A DNA stretch of 64,000 nucleotides, taken from the NCBI GenBank assembly GCA_964291655.2, contig OZ219801.1, positions 640,001 to 704,000 of the forward strand, in the 5' to 3' direction. Below, in pieces: positions 28,842 to 38,693 of this stretch (positions within the stretch are counted from its first letter, which is position 1; each line of letters opens with the position of its first letter). This DNA comes from Chloroflexota bacterium (GTDB lineage: Bacteria; Chloroflexota; UBA11872; VXOZ01). Made by a program: the position numbers and the translations under genes. The notes under the pieces were generated by a model, which did not search any database, was not told the DNA's origin, and worked only from the letters and a program-made list of their open reading frames with translations.

Positions 28842-30554
28842 GTGTCGCGGGTGGTATTGTACAACAAGTGGCGGCCGCAGACGTTTGCCGACGTGGTCGG
28901 CCAAGAGCCTACCGTGCGCACGCTGCAGAACTCCCTGGCATCTGGGCAGATCGCCCACGCCTACATTTTTGCGGGGCCGCGCGGCTCGGGCAAAACTTCG
29001 CTGGCGCGCATCTTGGCGAAAGCCCTCAACTGCCTGCAGGGCGTCCAGCCGGAGCCATGCAGCAAGTGCGCCGCCTGCACGGATGTCGTGGAGGGCCGCT
29101 TCCTCGATCTGGTTGAACTCGACGCCGCCTCCAACCGGGGAATCGAGGATATTCGCGACCTGCGGGAGCGCGTGAATTTCGCGCCGGTGAGCGGACGCTA
29201 CAAATTCTACCTCATCGACGAGGTACACCAGCTCACACCGGAAGCGTCGAATGCGCTCCTAAAGACTTTGGAGGAGCCGCCGGAACACGCCGTATTCGTG
29301 CTGGCAACTACCGAAATTCACCGGGTGCTACCCACCATCTTGTCGCGGTGCCAGCGGTTCGACTTTCGCCGCATCCCCGTGCGGGCGCTGGTAGGGCGCT
29401 TGCAGGAAATTGCCGCTGCGGAGAAGGTCTCCGCCGATCCGGAAGCGCTGAACATCCTGGCACGCATGGCCGGCGGCAGCGCCCGCGACGCGGTGAGCCT
29501 CTTCGACCAGGCAATCATTTATACTTCCGGCGTCGTGACCGCCGAACAGGTGCGTGAAATGCTCGGCCTGGCCAACACGGCGGTAGTGGCCGAATTCGTC
29601 GATACACTCGCCCGCCGCGACACCAGGGAAGGCCTGCAGGTCCTTTCCCACGCCGCGGACCAGGGTTTAGAAATGCGGCAGTTCGCGCGGGAGACCATCC
29701 GCTACTTGCGGGGTACACTGCTTCACAAGAGCGGCATGGAAGCTGCCGAATTGCTTGAAATGAGCGAGGAAGAGGCCGCGCTCATGGATGGGTTGGCGGG
29801 GCGGATATCTCTCGCCGAAATCGTGCAGGCAATCAAGCTCTTTTCGGAAGCAGAGCAATCTTTGCGCTTGGGAGTTTTCCCGCAACTTCCGGTCGAGCTG
29901 GCGTTGGTAGAATTCTGCGCCGGTGAAGACTCCTCTCCCCCAACTTCCACCAGACCTGTCGCACGGCGAGCGCCGGCGGCGGCTCCCCGACGAGAGGAAA
30001 GCCCATCTACACCTCCGGCGAGCACGCCCGCTGCCGACAGTCCGCCGGAAACTCGAACCGGCACTGCGGAATCGAAAGCGGATGCCGGCGATCCGGCCGC
30101 TGCCGACTCTCCAACGCCAAGCCCACAACCGCAAGCGGACCCGCCCCAGACGACGAATCTGGAAGACTCACCACTGGCCGAGATCCAACAACGCTGGGAT
30201 GCTGTGGTGGACTCGTTCCGTCGACCGAACGTGCACCTGCGCGGTGTCCTGCGCGACTGCACGCCAAAGTCCGTACAGGACCGCGTGCTGACGTTGGAGT
30301 TTGCGCACGGATGGCACCGCGACCAAGTGCGCCAGCCGGATAACCTCTTTCTCGTGGAAAAAGCCGTCGCGCAGACGATCGGCCGCCATTTTTCAATTGA
30401 GTGCACGCTGGCGGAAAAGGATTCGGCTGCAGGCCGCTACGAAAAGGACCCCGCCCATGACCCGGTGGTTCGCAAGGCCCAGAAACTCTTTCCCGGTAAC
30501 ATCACATTTGAAGACTCCGACGAGGACACGCCCTCCTCAGCCGAAGAGATGTAG
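28842..30554 (+). CDS. dnaX: DNA polymerase III subunit gamma/tau
   Basis: KWRPQTF, GPRGSGKT, Zn motif C..PCSKCAAC, DAASNRG, DEVH, SRCQRF. Confidence 0.97.
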   Translation: MSRVVLYNKWRPQTFADVVGQEPTVRTLQNSLASGQIAHAYIFAGPRGSGKTSLARILAKALNCLQGVQPEPCSKCAACTDVVEGRFLDLVELDAASNRGIEDIRDLRERVNFAPVSGRYKFYLIDEVHQLTPEASNALLKTLEEPPEHAVFVLATTEIHRVLPTILSRCQRFDFRRIPVRALVGRLQEIAAAEKVSADPEALNILARMAGGSARDAVSLFDQAIIYTSGVVTAEQVREMLGLANTAVVAEFVDTLARRDTREGLQVLSHAADQGLEMRQFARETIRYLRGTLLHKSGMEAAELLEMSEEEAALMDGLAGRISLAEIVQAIKLFSEAEQSLRLGVFPQLPVELALVEFCAGEDSSPPTSTRPVARRAPAAAPRREESPSTPPASTPAADSPPETRTGTAESKADAGDPAAADSPTPSPQPQADPPQTTNLEDSPLAEIQQRWDAVVDSFRRPNVHLRGVLRDCTPKSVQDRVLTLEFAHGWHRDQVRQPDNLFLVEKAVAQTIGRHFSIECTLAEKDSAAGRYEKDPAHDPVVRKAQKLFPGNITFEDSDEDTPSSAEEM

Positions 30555-30743
30555 AGCTGAAAATTAACTACGCCTACTCCGAATTCTGCATTCCCGTTAG
30601 CGCCTGCAGCAGTGCCGGAACATAGCCACCGATCTCGATGCAATGGTACATTAAGCGGGTAAAGCTGCAAGACAAATGGCCCGGCGCAAGCGGAGAATCG
30701 GCCGGACGACGCACGACGGCACGTTTCAAAGGAGATCTGAACC

Positions 30744-32045
30744 ATGGGTCTAGAGATTTTCGAGCGGGGAAAGCTGCCCCGATGGGTGAGGGTACGGCAG
30801 AATCTCGTCACCGCCACCATAGACGACGTGGCTGCTGCCGTTGCCGGTGAGTTCTCGCGACCGGAGATTCGCGAAACCATTCAACCGGGTCAAAAAGTGG
30901 CGCTCACGGGCGGCAGTCGCGGCATCAACCGCATCGATCACGTGCTTAAGGCAGCCGCGCACGAGATCAAACGACTCGGCGCCGAGCCCTTTATCGTGCC
31001 TGCCATGGGGAGCCACGGCGGCGCTACGGCAGAGGGTCAGTTGGAAATCCTCGAGCATTACGGTGTCACAGAAGAAAAGATGGGCTGCCCGGTCCGCTCC
31101 AGCATGGAAACGGTTCTGCTCGGCCACGTAAGAGACAACGTGCCGGTTTGGGTGGACAAGACGGCCTATACCGAAGCAGACATTACGATCCCAATCAACC
31201 GCGTCAAGCCGCACACCGACTTTCACGGGCACATTGAATCCGGCTTGATGAAGATGATTGCTATCGGCCTCGGCAAGCAGAAGGGCGCGGACACATTCCA
31301 CGGCCGCAGTTTTGCTGAATTCCCCACGCTCATACCCGCGGTGGGCCAATTTACCCTCCAACACATGCCGATGCCCTTCGGACTGGCGCTCGTGGAGGAT
31401 GGGCAGTCCCGCCTTTCATTGATACAGGCTGTGCCGGCTGCGCGGATCTTGGATGAGGAACAGGAATTGCTCAAGATTGCCCGTGAGCGCATGGCGCGCC
31501 TGCCCGGTGAAGAAATCGACGTGCTGATTGTCGACCAACTCGGTAAGGACATTAGCGGTATTGGCACCGATACCAACGTCATTAATCGCTATTGGAACGG
31601 CCCTCTGCCCCAACCTCCTCACATCAAGCGGGTCGTCATGCGCGATCTGACCAAAGATACGGAAGGCAACGCTTGCGGCATTGGGCTGGGCGATGTCGTT
31701 CTGCAGCAGATCGTGGATAAGCTGGACCCAGTGCAAACCTACATGAACGTTGTTACCGCCAAAGGACCGGAAGGCGCGCGCATACCGCTCACGGTGGCCA
31801 ACGACCGCGAAGCGCTCTTCGTCGCGTTGGCCTGCTGTCATCAGATCGAGAACGAGTCGGCCCGCATTATGCGCATCCAGGATACGAAGCACCTTGAAGA
31901 TCTTTGGGTCTCCGAGCCGCTGCTGCCGCAAATGGAAGCTACCGGCCGGGTACATCGCATTGGCGAAGCGGAAGAAATCAGCTTTGATGCACAAGGGATG
32001 TTCACCCAAGCTACCCGGAACGGCGCCGCGGTGGCTGCTTCTTAA
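30744..32045 (+). CDS. Lactate racemase superfamily (LarA/DUF2088-like) protein
   Basis: GSRGI, PAMGSHGGAT, NRVKPHTDF, ESGLMKM.AIGLGK, GKDISG.G.DTNV. Confidence 0.8.
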   Translation: MGLEIFERGKLPRWVRVRQNLVTATIDDVAAAVAGEFSRPEIRETIQPGQKVALTGGSRGINRIDHVLKAAAHEIKRLGAEPFIVPAMGSHGGATAEGQLEILEHYGVTEEKMGCPVRSSMETVLLGHVRDNVPVWVDKTAYTEADITIPINRVKPHTDFHGHIESGLMKMIAIGLGKQKGADTFHGRSFAEFPTLIPAVGQFTLQHMPMPFGLALVEDGQSRLSLIQAVPAARILDEEQELLKIARERMARLPGEEIDVLIVDQLGKDISGIGTDTNVINRYWNGPLPQPPHIKRVVMRDLTKDTEGNACGIGLGDVVLQQIVDKLDPVQTYMNVVTAKGPEGARIPLTVANDREALFVALACCHQIENESARIMRIQDTKHLEDLWVSEPLLPQMEATGRVHRIGEAEEISFDAQGMFTQATRNGAAVAAS

Positions 32046-32194
32046 ATGCGAGGACAAAGAGAGGCAAAAGGGCATAGAATAGAATTGTCCTACGGTAACG
32101 GACTCAGCATCGCCGCTGAGCGCGTTTATCGAGTAGTCTTGCTTAAGTCCGGCGCACCCGTAAAGGGATACGAGTATCGAATACACTAAGGGTA

Positions 32195-32458
32195 GTGAGC
32201 GTCATGGCAGTCGAGACCCACAATACGCGCAAATCCTCCAAATCTACACCTAGCCAGCAGGCTGAAGTGCTCTATGCGCGCTATGGCAAACCACTGGAAG
32301 CCGAGCACTCCGGTGATTTCATTGCAGTCTCAACGCAAGGGAAGGTTGTGCGCGCGCCCACGCTGCAGCAGGTTCTGGACCTATCGTTAGAGCAGCTTGG
32401 TAAAGGCAGCTATGTATTCAGGCTCGGAGCCGACCGCAGTGTCATCAAGTGGCGATGA
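32195..32458 (+). CDS. Small DUF5678-like protein
   Basis: LYARYGKPLEAEHSGDFIAVS..G..V...YVFRLG pattern; upstream of an aspartic protease gene. Confidence 0.65.
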   Translation: MSVMAVETHNTRKSSKSTPSQQAEVLYARYGKPLEAEHSGDFIAVSTQGKVVRAPTLQQVLDLSLEQLGKGSYVFRLGADRSVIKWR

Positions 32459-32473
32459 CGGGGCGCCAGTGCA

Positions 32474-32821
32474 GTGCGTGTCGAGAGTGATCACTTTCCT
32501 TACCTTCCTGTTAGTCTCTCGCTTCGCGGTCGCAAGACCGAGTTCGAAGCTCTTCTCGACACTGGCTTCGATGGTGGTTTGGCAGTGTCCGAAAACTCCA
32601 TAGCAGACCGGCAAACTGCCGAGTGGCGCCTAACGGCTTCTTTGGCAGATGGGTCCTTGGTGGACGTTCCTGCATGTCTGGGAACGGTGCAGGTCGGTGA
32701 GCTTCCACCGGTGACCACGATCATCATTACATTGGGTGACGAGCCAATCCTGGGTCGTGCAGTGTCCGATCAGTTCAACATCACGCTCGACCACGGCCAG
32801 CGCATAGTTGTCGAACCATAG
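32474..32821 (+). CDS. Clan AA (retropepsin-like) aspartic protease
   Basis: ALLDTGFDG, LADG, ILGR motifs. Confidence 0.82.
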   Translation: MRVESDHFPYLPVSLSLRGRKTEFEALLDTGFDGGLAVSENSIADRQTAEWRLTASLADGSLVDVPACLGTVQVGELPPVTTIIITLGDEPILGRAVSDQFNITLDHGQRIVVEP

Positions 32822-32838
32822 CCAGGAAGGAACTCCTT

Positions 32839-33594
32839 GTGCTCAATGCATTTGACCTGACCGGCCGGACAGTAATCGTCACCGGCGCGAGCCGCGGCAT
32901 CGGCCGGACTACGGCGGAAGTGCTCGCTGCCGCCGGCGCCAATGTCGTGGCCGTTGCCCGTACCGAGAGTGCGCTTCAGTCTCTTGTGCAGGACATCCTC
33001 GCCTCCGGCGGCAAGGCGCTCGCAGTGCGCGCCGACGTGAACGTGCCTGAAGACACTGAGATGCTCGTGGAACGCACAAGAGAAGCCTTCGGCACGGTGG
33101 ACGCCCTTGTGAATAACGCGGGCGAGGCTGGGAAACATGGGGCCATGGGCGAGACCTCCGCTGCCGATTGGGACGAACTGATCGAGAATAACCTGCGCAG
33201 CGCGTTCCTGTGTTCCAAGGCTGTCTTTTCAACCATGGAGAGGCAACAGCATGGCAGCATTGTCAACATGGCAAGCATCAGCGGACAGAACGGTGGCCAG
33301 AGCGCGCGTGTGCACTATGCAGCTTCGAAAGGCGGCATGATCGCGTTTACGAAAGCGCTCGCCCGGCAGATGGCACCCTGGGGCCGGGCCAACAACATCG
33401 CACCCGGCCAGATAGACACCGGCTTTGCCCGCATTCCCGAGGACCGGCTGCGCGTCGTACTCGACCGCACCCCGCTGCAACGCCTCGGCAAGTCGGAAGA
33501 CATCGCCTATGGCGTGCTCTATCTCGCCAGTGACGCTTCATCGTTCATCACCGGTCATACGCTTTCTATCAACGGTGGGATGATCATGGATTGA
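32839..33594 (+). CDS. SDR oxidoreductase (FabG-like)
   Basis: TGASRGIG, NNAG, YAASK, APG, ITG....NGG. Confidence 0.92.
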   Translation: MLNAFDLTGRTVIVTGASRGIGRTTAEVLAAAGANVVAVARTESALQSLVQDILASGGKALAVRADVNVPEDTEMLVERTREAFGTVDALVNNAGEAGKHGAMGETSAADWDELIENNLRSAFLCSKAVFSTMERQQHGSIVNMASISGQNGGQSARVHYAASKGGMIAFTKALARQMAPWGRANNIAPGQIDTGFARIPEDRLRVVLDRTPLQRLGKSEDIAYGVLYLASDASSFITGHTLSINGGMIMD

Positions 33595-33694
33595 GTGGGC
33601 AGTGGCACGATAATTCATTATGTCGACCACTAAGCACACGGCTTTGCTAGAAAGGTCAAGGGTCTTTCGCAGCGCAACAAGAAAGTAGGTAAAA

Positions 33695-35110
33695 TTGGCT
33701 GCAAATTCGAGCACTGCCGCACTGGGCAGTCCGCCCGGGCCGGGCGACTTCCTGGGACTACATACGTTGCGCGCCTTTAAGCGCGATCCTCTGGGGACAT
33801 TGCAGGACCTGCATCTCGCGTATGGCGAGGTAGTCTATTCACCCCTGGTCAATGCTCCAACATACTTGCTTGCTCATCCCGACCATGTCGGATACGTACT
33901 CCAAGCAAACCACCGTAACTATCGGCGGAGCCGCAACAGCGACAAGCTCAAGCGGGCCCTCGGCAATGGTCTCTTGACCAACGACGGCGCGTCCTGGCTC
34001 AAGCAACGCCGACTCATGCAGCCGGCTTTCCACCGCAACCGCATTGTTCACTTCGGTGAGACTATGACGAACGAGACGCAGAAGCTGCTAGCGGAGTGGC
34101 AGGCTGAGGCGCCTCGTGGCAAGCCGCTGGACGTGAGCAGTGAGATGATGCGCCTGACTCTCGCCATAGTGAGCCGCACGATGTTCGGCGCCACAGTAGT
34201 GCAGGAGGCTGAGCCGCTTGGTCCGGCGACTTCGCAGTTGCAGGAAGAGGCGCACAGGCGTCAGTTTGTGTTGTTCGACGTGCCGGAGTGGGTCCCTTTG
34301 CCACATCTGCGCCGTGCCAAGGCGGCACGGGTGACCATCGAGCGAGTTGTAACGCGCATGATCGAGGAAAGGCGTCGCACGGACGCGCCCGCCCACAATG
34401 ACTTGCTCGCCATGCTGCTAGACGCCAAAGACGCCGACACCGGTGAGCCCATGGAGGACACGCAACTGCGCGATGAGGTGCGTACCATCTTTCTTGCTGG
34501 GCATGAGACAACGTCAAACGCACTCACGTGGACGTGGTACCTGCTCGCGCGCAATCCTGCCGCCGCCGGGAAATTGCGGGCAGAGCTCGCTCATGTCCTG
34601 GGAGGCCGTTTGCCTACCGTTGCCGATCTTCCCCAGCTTCCGTACACCAAGATGGTCGTGGAAGAGTCGATGCGCCTGCTGCCGCCGGTCTGGGCCATTT
34701 CGCGTGAGGCAATCGCTGACGATGAGATTGGCGGGTACCGCATTCCATCTGGCAGCACGATTGTCGTCAGCCAGTTCATCACGCATCGGCACCCCGATTT
34801 CTGGGAAGAGCCGGAGACCTTTGACCCGGAACGCTTCTCACCGGACCGCGTAAAGCAGCGCCATCGCTTTGCCTATTTTCCCTTCGGTGGCGGACCCCGA
34901 CTCTGCATCGGCAGCAACTTTGCAATGCTTGAAGCGCAACTAATCCTTGCTACGATTGCCCAGCAATACGAGCTGGAACTTGTGCCCGATCACCCGGTCG
35001 AACTGGAGCCCCTCATCACCCTGCGACCCAAACATGGGGTGATGATGACGCTCCGTCCGTGTACCTCAGGCGACAAGCGGGATACAGGTCACGCACGGCA
35101 CACTGCGTGA
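33695..35110 (+). CDS. Cytochrome P450
   Basis: AGHETT, ESMR (ExxR), FDPERF, FPFGGGPRLCIG. Confidence 0.96.
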   Translation: MAANSSTAALGSPPGPGDFLGLHTLRAFKRDPLGTLQDLHLAYGEVVYSPLVNAPTYLLAHPDHVGYVLQANHRNYRRSRNSDKLKRALGNGLLTNDGASWLKQRRLMQPAFHRNRIVHFGETMTNETQKLLAEWQAEAPRGKPLDVSSEMMRLTLAIVSRTMFGATVVQEAEPLGPATSQLQEEAHRRQFVLFDVPEWVPLPHLRRAKAARVTIERVVTRMIEERRRTDAPAHNDLLAMLLDAKDADTGEPMEDTQLRDEVRTIFLAGHETTSNALTWTWYLLARNPAAAGKLRAELAHVLGGRLPTVADLPQLPYTKMVVEESMRLLPPVWAISREAIADDEIGGYRIPSGSTIVVSQFITHRHPDFWEEPETFDPERFSPDRVKQRHRFAYFPFGGGPRLCIGSNFAMLEAQLILATIAQQYELELVPDHPVELEPLITLRPKHGVMMTLRPCTSGDKRDTGHARHTA

Positions 35111-35135
35111 TCTCTCTGACGCTCACCACATCACT

Positions 35136-35792
35136 ATGGCAGCCTTCGAGTCATTCGTCTTCGTCTTCGCCGCATCGTTCTCCATTGGCCTCTCCGGTGC
35201 GATGTCCCCCGGTCCGTTAACCGTATTTGTGATGGGGCAGAGTGCCCGCTACGGCATAGTAGCCGGCCCGCTGGCATCGTTGGGGCACGGACTGTTGGAG
35301 GCGGCACTCGTCGTGCTGCTGTGGCTCGGACTCGCCCGCGTACTTCAGTGGGATCCGGTGCTTGCAGCTATCGGCGTGGTAGGCGGCCTCGTGATGATAT
35401 GGATGGGCTGGCAAATCGTGAGCGGCGTGCGGCGCAAAGGCGCAAGACTGGCCGAATCTGTTTCTGACAAGCATGCCGATCACCCTATGGTGGGCGGAGC
35501 CCTACTTAGCTTGGCGAACCCCTATTGGTCGTTCTGGTGGGCCACCGTTGGCATCTCTACGATGACAACCCTCGCGTTGCCGCGTGGCGCAACCGGTCTC
35601 GCTGCCTTCACTCTCGGCCACGTCGCCAGCGACTTCTTTTGGCTCACGCTGGTTGCCATAGTCTTTGCGACCGGGAGACGCTTCATCTCGGACCGTGTGT
35701 ACCAGTCCGCGCTCTATCTTTTCGGCATTGTCCTGGCGCTCTTTGGGCTCTACTTCATGTGGTTCGGCGCCATGAAGCTCTTGTCACCCTAA
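35136..35792 (+). CDS. LysE family translocator
   Basis: GLSGAMSPGP, GHGLLE, NPYW..WW. Confidence 0.88.
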   Translation: MAAFESFVFVFAASFSIGLSGAMSPGPLTVFVMGQSARYGIVAGPLASLGHGLLEAALVVLLWLGLARVLQWDPVLAAIGVVGGLVMIWMGWQIVSGVRRKGARLAESVSDKHADHPMVGGALLSLANPYWSFWWATVGISTMTTLALPRGATGLAAFTLGHVASDFFWLTLVAIVFATGRRFISDRVYQSALYLFGIVLALFGLYFMWFGAMKLLSP

Positions 35793-35889
35793 TTCTGACC
35801 GGCTCGCGCCATAGAGCTTACGGAGTATTGAGGACCTCTTGCGCCGCAGGATTCTAAACCAAATTCCATAGACGGTAGGCAAAATCCGC

Positions 35890-35898
35890 TGGTATAAT
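35890..35898 (+). promoter_or_regulatory. Extended -10 element (TGGTATAAT) upstream of tRNA-Arg
   Basis: Consensus TGnTATAAT, with TAGACG 18 nt upstream of the hexamer. Confidence 0.55.
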
Positions 35899-35975
35899 CG
35901 GATTCGGCGCCATTCATTCGCCACGGTTGATCGAGCGTTACTTCGATTCATCTTGTGCGCTGATCAATTCCTTCT

Positions 35976-36048
35976 GCCCCCGTAGCTCAGTGGACAGAGC
36001 AACTGCCTTCTAAGTAGTCGGTCGGGTGTTCGAATCACCCCGGGGGTA
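35976..36048 (+). tRNA. tRNA-Arg(UCU)
   Basis: Acceptor GCCCCCG/CGGGGGT, D arm TAGCTCAGTGGACAGAGC, anticodon ACTGC-CTTCTAA-GTAGT, T loop GTTCGAATC. Confidence 0.95.
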
Positions 36049-36068
36049 CCGCTGGTCCGCTTTCTTCC

Positions 36069-37274
36069 TCAGTTGTCCGCCCCGCGGGCAAAAGTTCCCG
36101 CAACCCATGCCTCCGCAGGGTTTACCAACGTCCCGCGCAGCACGGTATGCATGCCGAATTTGCCACGGATTTTGTCTACGGCCCGGTCGCGTTGGCTCAG
36201 CCGATCCTCGGGCTCTAGCCAAAGCGGCAACTGACCCTCTCCTGCGGGAATCAACTCGTGCACCCCCACTCCGATGAGTCGATACCCATCGGCGACGAGC
36301 TTGACGCCGTGCAGGAGCCGCTTCGCTTCGGCATAGATGATGTCGGTTGCATCAGTCGGACGCGCGAGCGTGGTCTGGCGGGAGAGCGTGGCAAAGTCTG
36401 CCGAACGCAGTTTAAGTGCAATCGTTCTGCCCCGCATGCCCTTCCCGCGCAGTCTCTTTCCCACCTGTTCCGCCAGCGACATGAGCATATTGAACAACGT
36501 CTCACGCTCATAGACCGTGTGAGGAAACGTCGCTTCATTGCTTACACTCTTCATCGAATGTGTCTGCGACACCCTTCGCGAATCACGCCCGTGTGCCAGA
36601 TGATACGCCTGCCTACCCCATGCGCCAAACGCACGCTGCAACGCATCGCTGGAGTAAGCTGCTAACTGGCCGATAGTGCGAATGCCGTAGGCGTGCAGTC
36701 GCGCTCCCATCTGCGGACCCACCCCCCACATGGCGCCAATCGGCAGTGGCGCCAAGAATTCTTGCTCACCTCCCTGAGGAACGAGCACCAACCCATCGGG
36801 CTTGCCGGTGTTTGTCGCAATCTTGGCCACATACTTGGAGTTCGCGATACCTATTGAGATCGTCAGTCCGCACTCAACTTTGACTCGCTCCCTGATTTCC
36901 CTGGCCGCGGGCACCGGACCGCCTTTCCAGCGTTCCAATCCCGTCGCATCGAGAAAGGCCTCGTCGATTGAAATCGTCTCTACGGACGGCGAGTATTCCC
37001 TCAATATGCCCATCACGCGAGCCGATTCCGCTTGATACTTTCTGTAATTGCCTCTTACGAAAATGCCGTGCGGGCACAAGCGCCGCGCCCGTGCGCCGGG
37101 CATCGCCGCATGGACGCCAAACTCCCGCGCCTCATACGACGCCGCTGTTACGACACCGCGCCCTCCCGCGCCGCCTACCATGACCGGCTTGCCGCGCAAG
37201 GCAGGATTGTCACGCTGCTCCACGGCAGCAAAAAAGGCATCTAGATCGGCATGGATAATCCAACGCGAGGCCAT
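36069..37274 (-). CDS. dinB: DNA polymerase IV
   Basis: HADLDAFFA, SYEAR, SIDEAF, KPDG, clamp-binding-like QLPLW. Confidence 0.95.
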   Translation of the reverse strand: MASRWIIHADLDAFFAAVEQRDNPALRGKPVMVGGAGGRGVVTAASYEAREFGVHAAMPGARARRLCPHGIFVRGNYRKYQAESARVMGILREYSPSVETISIDEAFLDATGLERWKGGPVPAAREIRERVKVECGLTISIGIANSKYVAKIATNTGKPDGLVLVPQGGEQEFLAPLPIGAMWGVGPQMGARLHAYGIRTIGQLAAYSSDALQRAFGAWGRQAYHLAHGRDSRRVSQTHSMKSVSNEATFPHTVYERETLFNMLMSLAEQVGKRLRGKGMRGRTIALKLRSADFATLSRQTTLARPTDATDIIYAEAKRLLHGVKLVADGYRLIGVGVHELIPAGEGQLPLWLEPEDRLSQRDRAVDKIRGKFGMHTVLRGTLVNPAEAWVAGTFARGADN

Positions 37275-37565
37275 TGTGTTTCCCTTCGTTCTTCAGTCCG
37301 GCAATGCCTGCCCCAGTGATCTGCGTGTTAAGAAGGTCTTCACATGAGAGCATTCTTGAAGGGAGGCAAAACGCAACACCACAAGCCACCGAGAGGAGGC
37401 CACTTCCCAGGTAGACTGCCGCAGGACGAGCCGATGCCAATGCGGCTCAGCGACCCCAATGCCTACTCTCTTGAAAACGGTTACACTGTGATTGCTGCCC
37501 GCAGGGGGTTGACTTCGCAGCGGGCAAGGCAAAATAGCTAAGTTCAACAGGAGCAGAGGCAAGAT

Positions 37566-38522
37566 ATGGTCACACTTGGCGACGGAAACTACACATACAC
37601 GGTATCGGGGACAAACTGGGGCATCTTGCCGGCGGGCGCCAATTACAAAGAGGCCACGTCCGTAGCGGTGGACTCCCACGACAACGTGTATGTCTTCAAT
37701 CGCGGTACTCATCCCATGGTCGTCTTCGACTCGGACGGAAACGTGCTGCGCACCTGGGGTCACGGCATCTTCGACACGCCGCATGGGGTTGCGGTAGGGC
37801 CGGACGACTCCGTGTATTGCATCGATAGCGGTGATTCGACCGTGCGCAAATTCACGCCGGCCGGCGAATTGCTCATGACCCTTGGCACACCTGGCGAACC
37901 GCCGCCGCCAATGAGCGGTAAGCCCTTCAACCGCCCGACAACGGTCGCGTTTGCGCCGGATTCAGAAGACTTCTACGTGGCGGACGGGTACAGCAACGCG
38001 CACGTGCACAAGTTTTCGGGGGATGGTGAACTGCTCCACTCCTGGGGCGCGTCCGGCACCGAGCCGGGGCATTTCAACATCGTGCACGACATCTCGGTGG
38101 ATGCCGCCGGGCGCGTGTACATAGCCGACCGCGAGAATCACCGCGTGCAAATCTTTGCTGCAGACGGCACGTACCTGACGCAATGGGTAAACCTCTCGAA
38201 GGCCGCTTGCGTGCTCGTGGATCCGCGCGGCGAGGACCTGGTCTACGTGGGCGAGTATTTCGGCGGCATAGATTCAAACGCAATGGGCATGGACCTCGGC
38301 CCGCGCGTCTCCATTCTGGACACCGCCGGCAACGTGCTGGCGCGCCTGGGCAGGGAGTCCTACGGCGACGCGCCCGGCCGCTTCTACTCGCCGCACAGCC
38401 TGGCCGTCGATTCTAAGGGCGACATCTACGTAGCGGAGGTTTCCTGGAGCGAGTACGGCATGAAGCTCGACCCGCCGCGGGAACTGCGGTCGCTGCAAAA
38501 GCTCATCCGGCAGCCGGCCTAG
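37566..38522 (+). CDS. NHL-repeat beta-propeller (peptidyl-alpha-hydroxyglycine lyase-like)
   Basis: Repeated PHG/AVDS, VADGYSN, IADRENHRVQIF. Confidence 0.9.
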   Translation: MVTLGDGNYTYTVSGTNWGILPAGANYKEATSVAVDSHDNVYVFNRGTHPMVVFDSDGNVLRTWGHGIFDTPHGVAVGPDDSVYCIDSGDSTVRKFTPAGELLMTLGTPGEPPPPMSGKPFNRPTTVAFAPDSEDFYVADGYSNAHVHKFSGDGELLHSWGASGTEPGHFNIVHDISVDAAGRVYIADRENHRVQIFAADGTYLTQWVNLSKAACVLVDPRGEDLVYVGEYFGGIDSNAMGMDLGPRVSILDTAGNVLARLGRESYGDAPGRFYSPHSLAVDSKGDIYVAEVSWSEYGMKLDPPRELRSLQKLIRQPA

Positions 38523-38693
38523 CTCCGTCGTGATGCGCCGCCCCATCCCATACGGCCCTATTGCAACGAGGGACAAATGAAAAGAGCGAGAGAACCGGTG
38601 TGGTTCTCTCGCTCTCAGTTCTTCTCGCACATGTCCGTATTGCGCAGCGCACGCTTGCGTTCGAATCAAGCGCAGCGCGCCCTAAGGACAATG

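Noticed and set aside
28842-30554. Programmed frameshift producing DnaX gamma
   Set aside because: No AAAAAAG slippery site or long A-run noticed on reading
35976-37274. Integrative element at tRNA-Arg
   Set aside because: No integrase and no duplicated tRNA 3' end seen; dinB looks native in composition
37275-37480. LexA box upstream of dinB
   Set aside because: No convincing GAAC-N4-GTTC or CTGT-N8-ACAG match found
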